Source: Tubiluchus corallicola
Taxonomy: Eukaryota > Animalia > Priapulida
Reading direction: 5' to 3'
Length of the DNA: 55,887 bases
NCBI GenBank assembly: GCA_030141605.1
Contig: JAQGDQ010001198.1
Location: 1 to 55,887 of the forward strand
The position numbers and the translations under genes were made by a program. The notes beneath the pieces are model-generated. The model was not told where the DNA came from. It did not search any database and saw only the letters and a list, made by a program, of their open reading frames with translations. Below, in pieces: positions 52,565 through 55,887 of this stretch; the first letter of the stretch is position 1, and each line of letters starts with the position of its first letter.

Positions 52565-53161
52565 TAGGTTTTACACGTCAAATGTAGACACAGGAAAGTT
52601 CAAATGTGACTTAGGTAAGTCAAATGTAGATGCGGTACTTTGAATAAATCGGTAATTAACTCATTTAAGTGCAAATTACAAAAAGATAAAACGAAATTAA
52701 AATTATATTTTATGGTCATGGTGCTATCGGCAGCATCACTTCCCAATGAACAGTGAATCACTAATTAGTTTTTTAAGTAATACATTAGCACTGCATTAAA
52801 CATTGTTTATTTTAAGAATGTATTGTTTTCTCTAACAGTTCCAATGGTATGTAAAGTTTGCAGAATATGAGTGAACCTATAACGTTGTTATTTTAACTTA
52901 AGAGCAATTATCAAATTGGAATTAAAGAAGATTAAATTTAACATCCTTAAACTTTTCCACCTATCAAATTTGAGATACCAATGTCACATTTGACTTGACA
53001 TGTGTCTAAATTTGAGTTACCAAAAGCGCTTAAGATTTGTTGAAAATCATTCTTAACACATTTGAATTACCTAAATCTACATTTGAGTTACCAAGACACA
53101 TTTGAATTACCTAAATCTACATTTGAATTAACGCAGGTCTACATTTGACATGTAAAACCTA
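52565..53161. mobile_element. Family B foldback MITE with about 350-bp internal insertion
   Basis: TA|taggttttacacgtcaaatgtagac ... gtctacatttgacatgtaaaaccta|TA; unrelated sequence at about 52631-52983. Confidence 0.8.
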
Positions 53162-53268
53162 TATAAGCAGTACAATTCATATCAAATTAACATGTTACAA
53201 TGTACTTTAGTATTTACAATTGCTGCTGTGTTGTGTTTAAAAATTAAAATCATTACATTCCAAGCATT

Positions 53269-53424
53269 CGATGCAGTCTCTAGCCATATTAACACGATGC
53301 AGTCTCTAGCCATATTAACACGATGCAGTCTCTAGCCATATTAACACGATGCAGTCTCTAGCCATATTAACACGATGCAGTCTCTAGCCATATTAACACG
53401 ATGCAGTCTCTTGTCATATTAACA
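53269..53424. repeat. 26-bp tandem repeat, about 6 copies
   Basis: gatgcagtctctagccatattaacac at 53270, 53296 and onward. Confidence 0.93.
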
Positions 53425-53524
53425 ATTACCTGTTGGTTTCCAATCAAACCTTTTTTCCTCACTGATCTGCTTACCAAAATTTGACACATAACGAAGCATG
53501 AGCTTAATTTATGCTGTCATTGTA

Positions 53525-54133
53525 CAAAAATGTTCAAACTCGGTGATAGGCGCCATTCACCTGAAAATTATGACGTAACTGGTGGATTCGTGACTTTTCG
53601 TAAGCGCATCAAGGCTTTCTGTAAGCACGCGTTGCCTTAAGTTATACGTCTGAGATCTGAAGAACGGGAATGGGCCATGGGTGGTGCTGGCCATGGATAG
53701 ATAGCCTGTTCAGCGGTGGGTGTAGTAGGCATATTTAGAATTCCCGAGAGGGATACGGCGTCCCGTAACGGGCGTTTTCCCGGACCCAAGTCGCGATTTT
53801 TTCGAAATTTTGACCAAACAGCATTCTAGCGGCGCCTGGTGGGACTCTCGGAAGGAGATATACGGCTCTTTAGAATAAAATTTGTTATCGGATTTTTTGT
53901 GAAATTTATTATACTTTTGATGGAAATTGACAGTGCGCTGCTTTTCTTCAACCGATGAATGACGTCACTGGTGGAAGAATGGGCGTTCAAAATACCAGCG
54001 CTCAAAGTGAAACGGATTTTTAAGTGATTTTACTACTCATACGATGTGTTTATCACACTTTTATTACTAAATTTTTCTAACATTTTTCGCAAACAATGAA
54101 ATAAGGCTAACTTCCCAGAAAACTTGGCCTTTT
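53525..54133 (-). mobile_element. Family C element with a GC-rich internal insertion (about 53640-53870)
   Basis: Reverse complement of 4947-5400; ends cttggcctttt|TTAA. Confidence 0.6.
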
Positions 54134-54943
54134 TTAACAAAACTAACCGAATTTGGTCAGTATGTGACAGAAAAAGCTTATTTCAAGAAATCAAAGCCGT
54201 TTTTATCTGATTTCATTCTGTTCGGAGCTGCGCTCCGCTCTTACTTGTTATTGTGATTTAAGGCCGCTAGATGGCGGCACCTGTCAACCACTAAGCAACG
54301 CTTTTATAATAATTCAAGAAAAATTGTTTCCAGTATTATAAAAACATTTCTCAGCCGTAGATTGCATAATAAAGCATATCTATCATGGTTCCTACAAAAC
54401 TTTGACTTGCTTCACATGACCTATATGTAAGATTCCTGTTCAAATTAGGCAAAATTAGGCCAGTTATCAAAATAAACATAAATAAATAATGTAAACCCAA
54501 GTGAAACAATATTATGTACTAATTATTTAATTAAGTATAAATTACTATGTACAAATAAATTCAAATTTGCCCTCTACAAACTTGCAAATATTTCTGTTCC
54601 TGCGCTGGCAGAATAATTAGATAAAACGAAAGAATGTAAGGGAATATGGCGAAGAGAGAGTGAGGGAAGAGAGAGCGAGAAAGAGAAAAGAGAGAGAGAG
54701 AGACAGAAAAATAATTTGAACAAACAGGTAGATTGAATTGAAGGGAAAGCTCATGGAAAAGAAAGGAAGAGAGAAAGAAAGAATCGGAAACGAGAAAAAG
54801 AGTGGGAGAGAGAGAGAGAGTCTGACTGTACAAGTAGACCTGCTCTACACAACTAATTCTATTACAGGGAACAAGAACTATTGCAAGTAACGACGCAACC
54901 TTTGTTGCTCGGAATGAACCAGTCCGAAGCCACGCCAGGTATA

Positions 54944-55885
54944 AAAATGGCGCAGTAAACTGGCACAGGAACAAAACGTGCAGGAAAAAATGGTGCAGTA
55001 AACTGGCACAGGAACAAATCGTGCAGGAAAAAATGGTGCAGTAAACTGGCACAGGAACAAAACGGTGCAGGAAAAATGGTGCAGTAAACTGGCACAGGAA
55101 CAGAACGGTGCAGGAAAAATGGTGCAGTAAACTGGCACAGGAACAAATCGTGCAGGAAAAAATGGTGTAGTAAACTGGCACAGGAACAAAACGGTGCAGG
55201 AAAAAACGGTGCAGTAAACTGGCACAGGAACAAATCGTGCAGGAAAAATGGTGCAGTAAACTGGCACAGGAACAAAACGTGCAGGAAAAAATGGTGCAGT
55301 AAACTGGCACAGGAACAAATCGTGCAGGAAAAAATGGTGCAGTAAACTGGCACAGGAACAAAACGGTGCAGGAAAAATGGTGCAGTAAACTGGCACAGGA
55401 ACAGAACGGTGCAGGAAAAATGGTGCAGTAAACTGGCACAGGAACAAATCGTGCAGGAAAAAATGGTGTAGTAAACTGGCACAGGAACAAAACGGTGCAG
55501 GAAAAAACGGTGCAGTAAACTGGCACAGGAACAAATCGTGCAGGAAAAATGGTGCAGTAAACTGGCACAGGAACAAAACGTGCAGGAAAAAATGGTGCAG
55601 TAAACTGGCACAGGAACAAATCGTGCAGGAAAAAATGGTGCAGTAAACTGGCACAGGAACAAAACGGTGCAGGAAAAAATGGTGCAGTAAACTGGCACAG
55701 GAACAAATCGTGCAGGAAAAAATGGTGCAGTAAACTGGCACAGGAACAAATCGTGCAGGAAAAAATGGTGCAGTAAACTGGCACAGGAACAAATCGTGCA
55801 GGAAAAAATGGTGCAGTAAACTGGCACAGGAACAAATCGTGCAGGAAAAATGGTGCAGTAAACTGGCACAGGAACAAATCGTGCT
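54944..55885. repeat. 42-44-bp minisatellite, about 22 copies
   Basis: aaaaatggtgcagtaaactggcacaggaacaaatcgtgcagg repeated almost to the window end. Confidence 0.96.
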
Positions 55886-55887
55886 AA

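Noticed and set aside
54561-55877. Three long Cys/Phe-rich minus-strand ORFs
   Set aside because: All three frames are open through a 42-44-bp minisatellite with indel variation between units.

Overview
AT-rich, repeat-dense eukaryotic DNA, most consistent with an invertebrate animal; no prokaryotic operons or CRISPR arrays. Three host coding units are supported: (1) a small heat-shock protein (alpha-crystallin domain) with an intronless CDS at 11592-12239 (+); (2) a secreted short pentraxin (CRP/SAP-like, 249 aa) assembled from four coding exons, 29502-29541, 32502-32763, 33846-33993 and 35225-35524, with compatible intron phases 1/2/0; (3) a less certain CUE-domain ORF at 38795-39283. The rest is non-autonomous DNA transposons (hAT-like with 8-bp TSDs, Kolobok-like and piggyBac-like with TTAA, TA-flanked foldback MITEs), decayed CR1/L2-type LINE fragments, a 5S rRNA-headed GC-rich element, and many micro- and minisatellites that account for nearly all long ORFs in the track. 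The most unusual structure is the pentraxin exon-2 splice acceptor, which is amplified into six in-frame, stop-free 63-bp copies and could give a ladder of isoforms with 0-5 extra Cys-bearing 21-aa repeats. Other highlights: a 20-copy AG|GT array in front of the CUE ORF, a 14 x 104-bp satellite seeded by a 13-bp microhomology inside a LINE ORF, inverted intronic repeats bracketing pentraxin exons 2-3, and an orphan HSE-TATA-splice donor module on the minus strand. All coordinates were read by eye; family assignments rest on termini, TSDs and motifs, not on database searches.
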